Part shown: piece by piece, positions 24,665 to 37,128 of the stretch
How positions within the stretch are numbered: the first letter of the stretch is position 1
Layout: every line of letters starts with the position of its first letter
Assembly: GCA_001179505.1 (NCBI GenBank)
Contig: CDMY01000255.1
Location: 310,001 to 374,000, forward strand
Direction: 5' to 3'
DNA from: Vitrella brassicaformis CCMP3155
Taxonomy: Eukaryota > Protista > Chromerida
DNA length: 64,000 bases
Made by a program: the position numbers and the translations under genes
The notes under the pieces: model-generated
What the model was told of the DNA's origin: nothing
Database searches by the model: none
What the model saw: only the letters and a program-made list of their open reading frames with translations

Positions 24665-27016
24665 ATGCTTCTGGCGCTCCTTCCCCTGGTTGCCTGTCGT
24701 GCATTCATCCCTTCGAGGAGCCATCGCCTTGTCCGCCGTCCCACCCGACTGACACGGCCAGTCGGCCCGCATCCGTGCCTTTTTCCCGTCCCAGCTGCAG
24801 CTGCAGGACGACGGCTGTCGACCATGCCGGCCAAGAAGCGGAGCAAGAAGGAGGAGGAGGCGGCAGATGAAGGGGAAGAGGGTGAGCCGCAGCCCACGGC
24901 CCCGAAGCGCAAGAAGCAAAAGGCCAAGGCCAAGGCCAAGGCCGACGAGGATAACAACTATGAGGACGGTGACGGCGGTGGGGAGGCCAGCGGCACCTCC
25001 CTCGTGGGTGTCAACCAGCTCGAGGGCGTCGCGGCACACCCGGACAAGTTTAAGATTGTCAACTGGAATATCAACGGTACTTAGAGTTGACACACAGCAG
25101 ACACACACCGGGACTCTCACGCGGGCAGATGGATGGATGGTTGCATTAAAGCACATGCGTGTGCGTGGCTGCATATATGTATCTGTGTGTGTGTGTAGGC
25201 TTGCGTGCGGTGGCAAAGAAACCCATATTCCGCGAGTACATCGATGCAGAGAAGCCCGACGTGCTGGTGCTGAGTGAGGTCAAGGGCGACCAGACTGCCA
25301 TGCAGGAATTCATGGTGAGTGAGGCACTTAGTCGAATGAATGAATGGTCAGGACGGACTGAGGGAGGGAGGGAGGCAGGCAAGCTGGCAGGGGAGTGGGT
25401 GGGAGAAATGCTTGCTCGTGCTGACCCGACCCGATCAGGTCGATGGTTGGTTGCCGGGGTACAAGAGCCACTGGAACCTCTGCAAGGTCAAGAAGGGGTA
25501 CAGTGGGGTCGCCGCATTCTGGAAAGAGGAAGCCGAGCCCAACGAGGTACCTACGCACCTTTCCTCCCCTTTCCTCCCTGTGCGCATGGCATCCCTCCCT
25601 CCTCACCTGGCGGGTCGGGTGTGTTGTGTTGTGGTGTGTTGTCTGTCTGTCTGTCTATCAGGTCAAGGTTGACTTCTGCGCCAAGCACGACCAGGAGGGC
25701 GGCCGATTCATACAACTCGGTCGGTTGGTTGGTATATAGCTTACTTACCCAGACGCCACACACACCACACAGGATACGATAGATACGGCAAGATGTTGAA
25801 AACCAAAGAAATTGTGTGTGTGTGCGTGTGTTGTAGATTACGATGGCTTCACGATCATCGGGTGTTATGTGCCCAACGCTGGCGAGAAAGACAAATCTAC
25901 AGACGAGAAACTCCCAAAGGTGATACAGCCACGCGTGGCTCGCGCATGGCCCGCCACACTCACCACACTCGCTCTCTTTTCTCTCTCTCTCTCTGTGTGT
26001 GTCTGTGTGTGTGTCTGTGGGTGTGGGTGTGTGTGTTCAGAATCTGGATTTCCGTACGCGTGAGTGGGACGTTGATCTGCGCAAGTACCTCAAAAACCTC
26101 AAAAACGTCATCTGGTCAGTCAGCCAGCCAGTCAGACATCTCCAGCCCAGCAGCTGCACTGCACTTCAGCCCGCCCATCCACTGATGACATCCATCGTGT
26201 GCCTTGCCTGTCCTGTCCCACGCACCAACCCACCCACCCTGCCCTGTCTGTCTGTATCATCCATTCATCCCCTCAGGTGTGGAGATCTGAATGTGTGTCC
26301 GGAGGAGATCGACATCTGGAAGGCCAAGGGCAACGAGAAAAGCGCGGGATTCACTCTTCAGGAACGGTCGGTAGAGACAGATTAGATGCATGCATGTGGG
26401 TGTGTATGTGGGGCGCTGAGGCCCCCCATTGTGCGCACGTGTCATGGCATGCTTGGTCGATCGGGCAGCGAGAGCATTTGCATTATATGACTGTGTGGGT
26501 GCGGTGGATGTGCCAGAGACTCGTTTGCCGAGACGTTGGAGGCGGCTGATCTGGTGGATGCCTTCAGGGAGAAGTACCCCGACACCAAGGCCTACTCATA
26601 CTTCAGTGCTCGCGGCAAGGGACGAGAGAAACACCAAGGTACGTACCTTGAGTCACAAACCTGTCACCCACATACATACGCACCCTCATACATACACACA
26701 CACACAACGGACGGCCATTTATATGTGTCTAGCTTGTGTGTGTCTTGTTTGTGTCAGGGTGGCGTTTGGATCACCAGATAGTGTCGAGGGAGCTGTTCGA
26801 GTCGTCAGTGCAGGACGTCATCATCAGGCAAGGACATACAGGACACGGACGGACGGACCCAAGACCTGATGATGTGATGGGTTGAAGTTGCATTTTCCCT
26901 CCCTGTCTGCCTGTCTGCCTGGTCTGTACAATTCTTTGTTTGTTTGCATTGATATGAGCAGGGAGAAGGTGGCCGCCAGCGACCATGTGCCGGTCGTACT
27001 CATACTCAACAAGTGA
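24665..27016 (+). CDS. Exonuclease III-family AP endonuclease (APE1-like) with an N-terminal signal/transit-like leader and an internal NLS-type Met
   Basis: KIVNWNING|LRA, PDVLVLSEVK, KKGYSGVA, HDQEGGRFI, YVPNAG, W|CGDLNV, SAGFT..ER, LVDAFR, YSYFS, GWRLDH and SDHVPV. In-frame ATGs at 24590, 24665 and 24824. Confidence 0.93.
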
Positions 27017-27333
27017 CTCACCCTCGCGCGCCGTCCACATGCTGGCCGGCCGGGCCCATAGATTGACAGCAATGTAGACAGACAGACAGACAGACGTGTG
27101 TAGACAGACAGACAGACAAACATGTAGACAGACGGACAGCCATGCGTAGTGTAGCTGGACACACAAGGGGGGCCTGTACGCCCCGGGTGCAGCAGTGGTC
27201 TGCAGAGTCAAACATATCTTGGCCGTTTCTGCCCTGTCATGAGCAAGAACATCACATCGCCAAGAAGGCTGCAGATCTCCGCGAGCGCGTTCAGGGGGGC
27301 GGACATCTCCAGCAGCGACCTCCGGTTCGGCAG

Positions 27334-27341
27334 CGCGAGCT
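27334..27341 (-). promoter_or_regulatory. Candidate promoter element variant AGCTCGCG upstream of PMS2
   Basis: cgcgagct, about 45 nt before ATG 27386. Confidence 0.3.
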
Positions 27342-27385
27342 AGAGAAGAGGGGCCACAACAAGGAGCAAAGGGGAGTGTGGCTGT

Positions 27386-30300
27386 ATGTCGTCTGCGTCT
27401 GGTGCGGTTCGTCGTGTGGACAAGAGTACGGTCCGCCAGATATGCAGCCACCAGGTAGTCATCGACCTTAAAGGATGCGTCAAGGAACTCGTCGAAAACA
27501 GCCTCGATGCTGGCAGCACAGATATCGGTAACCACATGGTAGCGGACGGACGTCAATGAATGAATGAATGGGTGTTTGGTGTGGTTGTGTTTGTCACGTT
27601 GGTTCATTCATTCACTCATGCGTATGCATCGTCTGTCTGTCAGAGGTTCGTTTGGTGGACAGCGGTTTGGATACGATAGAGGTCAAGGACAACGGCTGCG
27701 GCATCGCACCCAACAACTATGAATCCATCGGTGCGGTGAACCAACCAAAGGCGGCCATGCTCACAGAATCCACCGTGTGTGTGTGTGTGGATGTGTGTGT
27801 GTGCAGTGGCTCCGCACAGCACGTCAAAGATCCGCGCGTTCGAAGACATCCACTCCAAACTGTCCACTCTCGGGTTCAGGGTGAGTGCGTCACTCAGCCA
27901 GCCATGGGTGCGGTGCCCTGCGGTGCCTCCTTCCATCCATCTCCCTCTCCCTCTCCCCGTGTGTATGCGATGCGTGTTGTGTTGTATGTGTTAGGGTGAG
28001 GCGTTGAGTGCTTTGTGCACCATGTCTGACCTGAGGGTGTGCACCAGGCGGGCTGAGGACAACACGGGAGTCATGCTGCAATACGACAAAGACTGCAACC
28101 TCATCAACCAGACCATACAAGCTAGAGAGGTGAGTAGGGAGGTAGGTATGTATGTCAGTCGACATACCGAGGGCAGGCAGCTGACACGGCAGGCCGGCCG
28201 GGACACCCGTGCCGTGGGTGCGTCCATCCGACTGTGTGTGTCAGGTTGGTACGACAGTGTGTGTGAGTCAGCTGTTCCACGGCCTGCCGGTGCGCCATCG
28301 TGAGTTCCAGAAGACCATCAAGCAGCAGCTGGCCGCCATGCTCTCACTGCTGCAAGCATACGCCATCCGACAGGGCAATTGCAGATTCACATGCACAAAT
28401 GAAACCCCAAGGTAGGTAGGTATCCATGGCATGGCCGGGCCGCACACCACCTACTCTACTCACGCACTACCGACAACCGAGCAGACAACGCACGCACCCC
28501 GTTGTTGGTTGCCACAGGGAGCGTCGCAAGACGAGCACTTTGCTGGCCACGTCGGGCAGGTCTTCATCGCTTCGCAGTGGTGCCAGCACCGTCCTGGGCT
28601 ACAAAGTCACCAACGACCTTGTCGACTTCGAAATTGCACACGCGGGGGGTGGGGCAGCCGACAGCAGCCAGGCGGGGGGCTCATCACACACTAACAACAG
28701 AACGGCACACCCGCCGTGGAAGTAAGGGCCACACACAGACACACACACACGCAGGCAGGCAGACAGGCAGACAGACAAGCGCGGGCGAGAGAGAGTTGCC
28801 TGTGGATCCGTGTGTGCATGGCTGCGTGTGGTGTCTGTCCAGGTGTGTGGGGTTGGTATCTGCAGCCCAGAAGGGTCGTCGGACACATGACATACAGTTC
28901 TTCTTTGTCAACGGGCGACCCGTAGACACCCCCAAACGAATCGCCAGGTGGGTTGGTGGGCATAATGGCACGCACCGCACTGCAGCCGCCACACACACCC
29001 TCCGTCCATCCGTGTACGTGTGTGTCCTGTCCTGTATGGTGTGTATTGTATGTGTGTACCTATCTCTCTCTCTCCAAGGTGTCTGAATGACGTGTACCGC
29101 CAGTCGACGTGCAAGTCCTGGCCCGCCTACGTGCTCGACTTCCAAATCGACAACGGTACACATCAAGACAAGCTTGATGCTCTCACTAGATGAGATGCGA
29201 TGCTGTGTTGACTGCCCGCTCTGTCTATCTGTGTGGTGTGCAGATGCTGTGGATGTCAATGTGACGCCAGACAAGAGGACCATCCTGCTGCAGAACGAAC
29301 AAGCAATCGCCGATGCGCTGGGGGTTCGTGCGGGGGACGCACTCGTTCGCGGGACAGACAGACATACAGACATCTTTTCCATCAACTACTACTTGTTTGT
29401 TCTGTGTACAGGCCGGGTATGAGCGCATCTTGCAGCCGTCTGCATCGTCATATGAGGCCAGCAGTCTGGCCGGCGGCGCGGCACCACCCTCCATCCGCGA
29501 TTACTTCAAGAGCCAACAGCCGCGGCAGGAACGGCCGCTGCCCCCACAGAAACAGGAGCCGATGGTGCTGGACGACGGGGACCACAATATGGGGGAGCAA
29601 CAGGGGCCGGGGGAGCCACCACCAGCAGCGCCGGACGCGGGTGTGGCTGGTGAGGCGGCTCATGACATGGGGGCTGAGGCGGGTCAGCACCAAGAGGACG
29701 ATAGTGCCACAGAGGAGGAGAAGAGCGACCAGGATGTCGGCCCGTCGCCACCACGGGTGTCTGACCGTTCGGCTAAGGCCCCTCCCCCCCGTGCTGCGCG
29801 ACGGCCACCCAGCGACATGATGCAGTCAGCGGGGTGGCAGAAGCGGGTCAAGGTGGAGGAGGGGGAGGAAGAGGGCCACGGGGAGGAGCGCAGCGAGGCA
29901 GACCCACGGTCAGAGAATCGACACGGCAGGAGAGGTCCCCCATCTGCTCCGCAACAATCGGCATCGGCGATGGGCGACCGCCCTGTGGGTGGATCAGCGG
30001 CTGATGCATCCTTACCAATGTCACAAGTGTCTGAGGATCGGGATGACCAGCGCCATGTGCGTGTGTCCTCTCCCTCGCTGGCCGTGAGGCGGCGAGTGCA
30101 TCAGCGAGGCAATGCCATGCTGACAGAGTTCACCCTGCAGGCACCGTCGGACGGCGTGTCAGCTGCCAGGAGCTTCCGCGTCTCTGAGTGGGCCCCCAGC
30201 AGCTCTGGTGGCGGCTCACGAGAGCAGTCGGGAGCGCCGTTGGTGTCGGTCAAGGAGGAGGGATGTTGTGGGGATGACGGCGACGAGCTGCGGGCCAGCA

Positions 30301-32268
30301 GTGTCAAGACAGTGGTTGGAAATTCCGGCCAGCAGGTCAAGGTCACCACATTCGAACCCTCCCCGACTGTGCCATGTCACCCCAAACCACATCCCTCAGT
30401 GGCAGCAGCAGCTGCTGTTGCGGGTGTTGGTGTTGGTGGTTACATTGAGGATGCTGATATCGACATGGGTGAGGGGCCCGCCGCTGCCACGAGTAGTGCT
30501 AGTGGAGCCATGGGGAGGAAGAGGCGGAAGGCAGGGAGCCAAGAGGTGCCTGTGGCCGGTCTGGAGCAGCAGAGGGGCGGTAAGGGTGGCCGTGGGGTCT
30601 GGGCCCCGGATGGTGACATAGAGATAGTGGAGGGCGATGCCGATCTGGACATGGCCATTGCCGAGGGGGCGGGCGGTGCAGGTGATGAAGGTGCGGGTGA
30701 GGGCCAAGGTTCCGACGGCGGCGGGCGACGCGACGCAATGGAGGTGGAGGCAAGACCGCCCACCAATGGCGACAGCCAGAACTGCCTGGGCGTCGACTTG
30801 AGCCAGCTGAGAGACAGATGGCGTCGACGGTGCGGCGGGGACACACATGTCGATGGTGCCACTGCGTGTCCTGGCGGCATCCAGCCGCAAGACGACGGCG
30901 GTTCAGCTGATGCGTCATCGATGTCGTTCCCTGCTGCCTTCTCGCTGAGCTCTAGATGCGAGCCGCAGAGCATCGCCGCTGTGGAGTCGTCGACCATCAA
31001 GTTCGACAAGGACTGGTTCACCAAGATGCGGGTGTGCGGCCAGTTCAACATGGGCTTCATCATCGCATCGCTGCCCGACGCCCACACACATGCGCATGCC
31101 CACCCCACCCACCAGCCGCCCAACAGCAGCCACAGCGGGGGGGAGGGGGAGGGGGGTGACACCACTCAGTCGCTCTTCATCATCGACCAACACGCCAGCG
31201 ACGAGAAGGCCAGGTGAGTGGGTGACGAGCCACACACAGAGATGAATGAATGAATGAATGAATACTGTAGATACCACGTGTTGTGTTGTGCGTTCGTCGG
31301 TCGGTTTGTGTCGTGTTGTTATGCTGTCTGTCATGTGCAGGTTTGAGCACCTGAATCAGCATTCCTCCATCCAGTCGCAGCCTTTGATCCACCCACTGCA
31401 GCTTCATCTCACCCCCGCACAGGAACAGGTGGGTGGGTGGGGGGGACGGACGCGAATCGAATGCATTCATGCCAGCCATGCACCCACCATTTAGCCGCCC
31501 CACCCACCCAGCCACCCACCCACCCCTCATTCATTCGTTAATTGGACCAGACCCACCCTCATCCACTTTGTCCATCGATGTGATGTGTTTCCTGTCATGC
31601 ACTGCACTGCAGGTGGTGGAGGACCACCTGGAGGTGTTCCGGATGAACGGGTTTGGCGTGTCCTTTGACCCTGATCAAGTGGCTGGTCGCCGTGTGCTGG
31701 TGCGGTCCATCCCACACACACACAACAAGGCCCTGGGCGAGGAGGACTTCATCGCACTCGTGCACCAGCTATACGAACACCCGTGGAAGCCCCCCAAACA
31801 CAACGACACAACCGCACCCACTGGCGGGGCGGGGAGCCGAGACACATGGGGCACTCTGCTGGCCGGTGTGCCACGGCCCAAACGAGTCTGGGACGTGCTG
31901 GCATCAAAGTACGTACGTGGGCAAACTGACCCCCAGCAAGCCAGCCACACTACGGTGGAGAAGCAGGGAGTGATGGTCTGTCTGTCTGTCTGTCTGTCTT
32001 GTGTGTTGTCTTGATGTCCTTTCTGTGTGTCAGGGCGTGTCGTTCTGCGGTGATGATAGGGAAGGGTCTGAATGTCTATGAGATGTCCCAGCTGGTGAGC
32101 CGCATGTCCACCCTCCAGCAGCCATGGAACTGTCCCCATGGCCGGCCCACCATGCGGCACCTCATCCACACCACTGGAGCCACCACAGCACAAGACCACC
32201 ACCACATCGCCCCGGCCGACGACCAGGGACACGCAGACCAGCGATTCATCGGACGTGTGTTCGTGTAG
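27386..32268 (+). CDS. PMS2: MutL homologue PMS2 (yeast Pms1) mismatch-repair endonuclease
   Basis: [45 protein letters not shown]|[42 protein letters not shown], endonuclease motif [21 protein letters not shown] and CPHGRPT. Confidence 0.95.
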
Positions 32269-32579
32269 CCGCCCAGCCAGACGATAGATACCTAGCGGCC
32301 GGTCAGTCAACTGATATCAGTTGGTTGATTCATTGATTGACCTTGTCGTCGACGCATCCATTGAGTGAGTTCTGACGATACACACTTGTACATTCAGATG
32401 GATGTATGCTTGGACAAGCTTAAGCTGGTGGGTGGAGTGTGTGAGACATTCATTCATTCATTCATGCGTACATACACACAAACAAGCCGTGAGGCACCGG
32501 ATGGGTCTGTCTCATATCAAAGCAAAACGAGTCCTTCCTCACTTGAGACGGATAGGTCCACGCACTAGCCAGGGCTAGG

Positions 32580-33554
32580 TCATGTAAGATCAGGGAGGCC
32601 TTCCTGCTCCTCAGTAAGACCTGGCTCACCAGGCCGGGCGGCCCCACCCGCCGCCCCTGGTGCCGCAGCGGCTGGAGGTGCCATGGCCCCGCCCACCGCC
32701 TGGCTCCTGAGCTCGACGGCCATCCTGGCCAGCTCTATGGGGAGAAATGTCCATGTCTGCTTGGACATGACGGCTTTGAATGCATCGGCGTCCCCCTGCT
32801 GGTAGGCATCGATGGCCTGTGTGGCCAGCTCATACTCCTTGGTCGCCAGGAAGTTGCCCTCGCCCTGGTCCACAGCGGCACTGACGGCACGGTCGGCACG
32901 CACGGGGTCGTCCTGCTGCAGATACACCACCACCTGACCCAGCACCTCCTTGGCCAGCAGGGATGTCTGCTGCAGCTTCACCAGACACGCCTTGTGCTGC
33001 TCGATGGCGGCCACCAGCTTGTCGTATCGGCGTTGTTTGGCCAGGAAGTTGATGTAGAGCTTGAAGACGTCGGTGGCCATGTAGGGCTTGTCCTGGTCGT
33101 CATAGAGCTCCAGGCACTCGTCATAGGCCCTCTCGACGGCATTGGCGTCATGCAGGTCCGACTCGTACAGCCCGGCCATCTTCTGCAGCAGCCGACAGGC
33201 AACGTCCATCTTGCCCGACAGCTTGAAGCGGTCCACCGCCTTGCTCATGAGCTCCAGTGCCCTCCGGCTGTCCTTCTGCTCACGATGCACCAGAGTGGCC
33301 GCCGCCTCATAGGCCCGTGCAGCAGCAAAGATGTCACGGTGCTTCTCTCGTGTGTCTGCGGCCTGCAGCCACGCATCAATGGCACTGAGGAAGGACCCGC
33401 CGGCCTCGAAGCAGGTGGCCGCCTGGGACAGCTCCATGCCGGCTGCCAGGTAGTCGGGCGTGAACTTGAGAACCAGCGGGTTGGTCTTGAGGTACTTCTG
33501 GGCCTTCCGCAGGTGCTCCTCCCCCTCTGTCAGCTTCTTGCTGCCGCCAAACAT
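32580..33554 (-). CDS. NAPG: Gamma-SNAP (gamma-soluble NSF attachment protein), single exon
   Basis: EGEEHLRKAQKYLKT...KFTPDYLAA, FAAARAYEAAA, QVVVYLQQDDPVRADR and an acidic ...EGLPDLT* tail. These align with remembered gamma-SNAP features (KAEKYLKTGFLKWKPDYDSAA; QVLVHLHRNDYVAAER). Confidence 0.85.
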   Translation of the reverse strand: MFGGSKKLTEGEEHLRKAQKYLKTNPLVLKFTPDYLAAGMELSQAATCFEAGGSFLSAIDAWLQAADTREKHRDIFAAARAYEAAATLVHREQKDSRRALELMSKAVDRFKLSGKMDVACRLLQKMAGLYESDLHDANAVERAYDECLELYDDQDKPYMATDVFKLYINFLAKQRRYDKLVAAIEQHKACLVKLQQTSLLAKEVLGQVVVYLQQDDPVRADRAVSAAVDQGEGNFLATKEYELATQAIDAYQQGDADAFKAVMSKQTWTFLPIELARMAVELRSQAVGGAMAPPAAAAPGAAGGAARPGEPGLTEEQEGLPDLT

Positions 33555-33582
33555 CTCCAAATGCCACTTGGGGAACCTCATC

Positions 33583-33592
33583 AAAGCTCGCA
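33583..33592 (+). promoter_or_regulatory. Candidate promoter element AAAGCTCGCA between gamma-SNAP and the histone-fold gene
   Basis: aaagctcgca in the 108-bp divergent gap. Confidence 0.5.
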
Positions 33593-33662
33593 GAGTGGAA
33601 GCCGATCGGTTCTTGGGTGTTCGTTCGTTCGGGTGGGAAAGCAGCTTGTTGACGAGGTGAAG

Positions 33663-34460
33663 ATGTCTGGAAAGGGCAAGAGAAAGATGAGCGATGAGCT
33701 TGACCAGTCTGCGGCTTCCGACGGTCCGCCAGAGGGCGGCGTGAAAGATGTCAAGCCAAAGAAGACAAAGACGACCAGCACCGTCAAGAGAGCCCTCCAT
33801 TTCCCTGAAACACGCGTGCGCAAGATGATGCGGATGGCCAACTCGTCGGAACGATGCTTCAAGAGGGAGGTCAGCAAGTATGTGCTCTGCCTGCGGCCGC
33901 CCACACACACGCACTGGTTGCTTCTGGCTTGCTTTCCTGCGGCAGATGTCGTTTCTCATTTGTCGAGCAGCGGTGAGCCGAGTGCAGTGCATGCAGCGAG
34001 AGGCCGGCCACCCTGAACGAATTGTGAATGGATAAACTGATGCATTGCATTTCATTGTGATTCCAGGAGATGTTCCTCGCCAAGCTCACCAGGTACGGAC
34101 ACACACGACACATAAAAACATAGTTCCGCTTCCCGCCGCAGGGCAGGGCCCGTGCGTGTCATTAAGATCAGGCAGTGAGTGGTTGCCGCTGTTGCTGCGG
34201 TGTTTGTGTGTTCAGGGACGTTATCGACACGTGCCATGCCGTGCCCAAGGACATCAACATCATCCGCCTGGTGTGCACCATAGTACACAAGCATACCTTG
34301 TGTGTCGACCCATTGTATTCAGTCATACCACGTGTCGACCTGGTTGGTCGATGGGTGTGTGTGTTGTGTGCAGCACCACCTGATCTTGACGTCCCGCTCG
34401 TGGGAGCGCTACACGTTCCTCGAAGAGCTGTTCCTCTCACCCACACAATTACATGAATGA
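33663..34460 (+). CDS. Histone-fold protein of the NF-YC/POLE4(DPB3)/CHRAC1 class
   Basis: LHFPETRVRKMMRM (alpha1), MSFLICRAA|EMFLAKLT (alpha2) and C-terminal ERYTFLEELF. The middle exons are uncertain. Confidence 0.7.
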
Positions 34461-34665
34461 GAAATGAATCCTATGCTGCCATGCCAGGTGTCTGTCTGTA
34501 AGCCAGCTGACTGACTGACAGTGACTGTGCCTGCCTGCACCTCACCTGCCTGGCGACTGTAATTAATGTAATGTAATAAATGTATGTACATCAATCCAGT
34601 CTGTCTGTCTGTCTGTCTGTCTGTCGACAGACAAACCCAAGAATGACTGACTGACGGTGCGCACC

Positions 34666-35222
34666 CTACAGATCAGAATCCGGCCGCTGGGTGTCCGTCG
34701 TCTCATGTTGGCTTGACTGAGTACTGCTGAGGAGTCGTGCGAATGCTGCGTCAGCCCTGGAGGATGCGGCTGGTAGGATGTAGTCGAGGACATCGAGTAT
34801 CTCGGGGTGGTCGTGGAGCTCCTTGGCTGTGACGACGCCCAGGACAGGCAGATGGGTGTTCTTGAGAAAGGGGGCGTAGAGGGGCATGTCCAGGCAGATC
34901 AGCAGGTGATGATGGAGCGGGGCGTTGGCCAGCACCGTCTCGTCCACCCGCCCGGAGCCACCCTCCACCTCCAAGCCCCTGAAGTGGCTCTTCCAGTCTA
35001 TGTGGAACTGGTGCTTGCTGCCCAACACCAGGGCGCTCCCGCGGAGCCGCTTCAGCTGCACCAGCAACTTGTAGGCACGCTTGTAATGCAGCAGCGTCGA
35101 ATAAGGGTCCGTCAAGAAGCTGATATATAGCAGACACACAGACAGACAGGTTTCTGCCGTGCCGACTCCTTCCTCCTTGCCTACCTTGTGGAAACCTTCG
35201 TGGACAGTTTCGTGAAGTTCAT
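34666..35222 (-). CDS. Short divergent ribosomal protein uS2-like protein, possibly organellar
   Basis: Two exons give MNFTKLSTKVSTS|FLTDPYSTLLHYKRAYKLLVQLKRLRGSALVLGSK...LLICLD...THLPVLGVV...LDVLDYILPA. This recalls the uS2 patterns KT...AL...G.ILFVGTK and IPV....DT...+DY.IP. Confidence 0.5.
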
Positions 35223-35310
35223 TTCCTTAACAGATCTTGACACAGCCTGATGATGCGCTCAAGTTGAGAGCCTCCACCAGCAACGTTGATGGATTCATGC
35301 ACAAACATCA

Positions 35311-35321
35311 TTGCGAGCTTT
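35311..35321 (-). promoter_or_regulatory. Candidate promoter element AAAGCTCGCAA between the uS2-like gene and UTP11
   Basis: ttgcgagcttt in the 170-bp divergent gap. Confidence 0.5.
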
Positions 35322-35392
35322 GATTCCGTGAAACTGCTCGTCGTGGGCGAACGCGCGTGGTGCGCCCGGTATCTTTCGTACGAGTTAGTAGC

Positions 35393-36526
35393 ATGTCGTC
35401 AGGTTTGAAGCATGCAGTCAAGTCGCGAGTGCATCTTGAGCGAGGCGCGCCGCGGCACCGGCAGCGGTACGGGCTGCTGGAGAAGCACAAGGACTACAAA
35501 CTCAGAGCCAGGAACTACCACGCAAAGGAGAAACAACTGAGTGAGCAAGTCACCACACCCTGGCTGAGTGAATGCTGTCAACTGCGCTGTTCCCGCTGTG
35601 GTTGGGTGTTTGTGTACTGTTGTTGTGGTTTGACAGGCATTCTTCAGGAGAAGGCCCGCTCCCGCAACCCCGATGAGTTCTACTTCAAGATGGTCAACGC
35701 ATCCTCCAAGGTACTACGTGACCTGTGTGAAGGAAGGCACGTAGCGGGGAGAGGGAGGCGGCACACACACACGCACCCATGTGCTTGTGTGTGCGCCCGT
35801 GTGTGTTTGTTTGCCTCGTGTGTGTCGATTGATTGATTGATTGATTGATTGATTGGCCCGTGCGGTACGTACGTCCGTCCTTACGGGATGGCGTGTACCA
35901 GAAGCCGTCGGGTCCCGGGCAAAGCAAGGGCCAGCAGAGGCTGATGGACACGCAGAACCTGGCCTATGTGGCCATGCGAAAGAGCGTCGACGACAAGGTA
36001 GGGTGGATGGAGACAGAAACGGCCTCTCCCTCTGTGTCGCATGGCCATCCATGCATCCATGGTTGCGTGCAGCGGGTGGAAGCCCTTGAGTCTGAGCTGC
36101 ATCGGACTGGCGAGGCACGACAAAATCGGCGATGGGTCTTCCACGACTCGGACGACGACGCACGCGAAAGGGAAGGGCCAGGCCCCACGAAGAAGAGACG
36201 TCTTGAAAGCAAAGGGGGGATGCAACAAGACAGCAGCAGCAGCAGCAGCCCTGCACAGCCGAGCAGCAGCGCGGCTGCTAGGGGCGACCATCAAGTCGGC
36301 AGAGCGGGTGATGGAGCGGCCCTAATGTACCAAGAGGTGGGTGGGTAGGTAGGGGGTGGCAGTGCAGTGCGGGCCTGCCTTCCAAGGCGTGTGTTGTGTT
36401 GTGTATGCTTGTGGTTAGGTTGAGAGGCGAAAGCGGCGGGCTGTGTCGTACCAGCGAGTCATCGACAATCTGACAGAGAGGAGAAAAGGACGAGACCACC
36501 GAAAGAAGAACGAGCGACTCCGGTGA
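35393..36526 (+). CDS. UTP11: U3 snoRNA-associated protein 11 (SSU processome)
   Basis: MSSGLKHAVKSRVHLERGAPRHRQRYGLLEKHKDYKLRARNYHAKEKQL...LQEKARSRNPDEFYFKM, then LMDTQNLAYV. Confidence 0.93.
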
Positions 36527-37128
36527 CTGATGGATGCTATGCAATCAATATACTCGCAGTGTTCTCGGGGACGGGCAAGGCAAGAAGGACAGAACAGACA
36601 GGACGGGCTGCCTCTTTTTGTTGTGTCGAGTGGCGAGAAGCGGGGCATGGTACTGATTGCTGTAGTGACTCATGACATAAAAGACATACATGCATTCGTA
36701 CATTCATACGCACATGTATACCGCCTTATAGCCTGAAGGAAGGAAGGAGTGAATGAATGAATGAGTGGATGAGTGTATGTATGTGTGGTTGTCATGCACA
36801 CATATACCATAAACGACCTTCATTCATTGATTCAGCCGTCCTGCAAGCTTCCTTCACTGAGCGTACGCGTCAGACAACACACCGTCCGTAATCAATCAAA
36901 GGTCCCTCCCGTCCCCAGACACTCACACTCACTCACTCGTCCGGTCGGTCGTCGGTCGGTCAAGACACACATAAATACAGACAGACAGACATACGTGCCT
37001 GCCTGCCACTTTCTTTGTTCCTTTTGACACCCGTCGTTGCATTCATTGCCACAGCTGACGGAGGCATGCATGCCGTAGCCATCCTCCATCTAGGCCTACC
37101 AGGCCATCCGTCCAACCCACCTGCCCAG

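Noticed and set aside
32994-34016. 340-aa plus-strand ORF
   Set aside because: Antisense shadow of the GC-rich gamma-SNAP CDS, with no recognisable motifs.
33555-34055. Apparent 167-codon N-terminal extension of the gamma-SNAP ORF (track ORF 32580..34055)
   Set aside because: It is antisense to exon 1 and an intron of the histone-fold gene and spans the shared promoter. Similarity to gamma-SNAP begins only at MFGG (33554).
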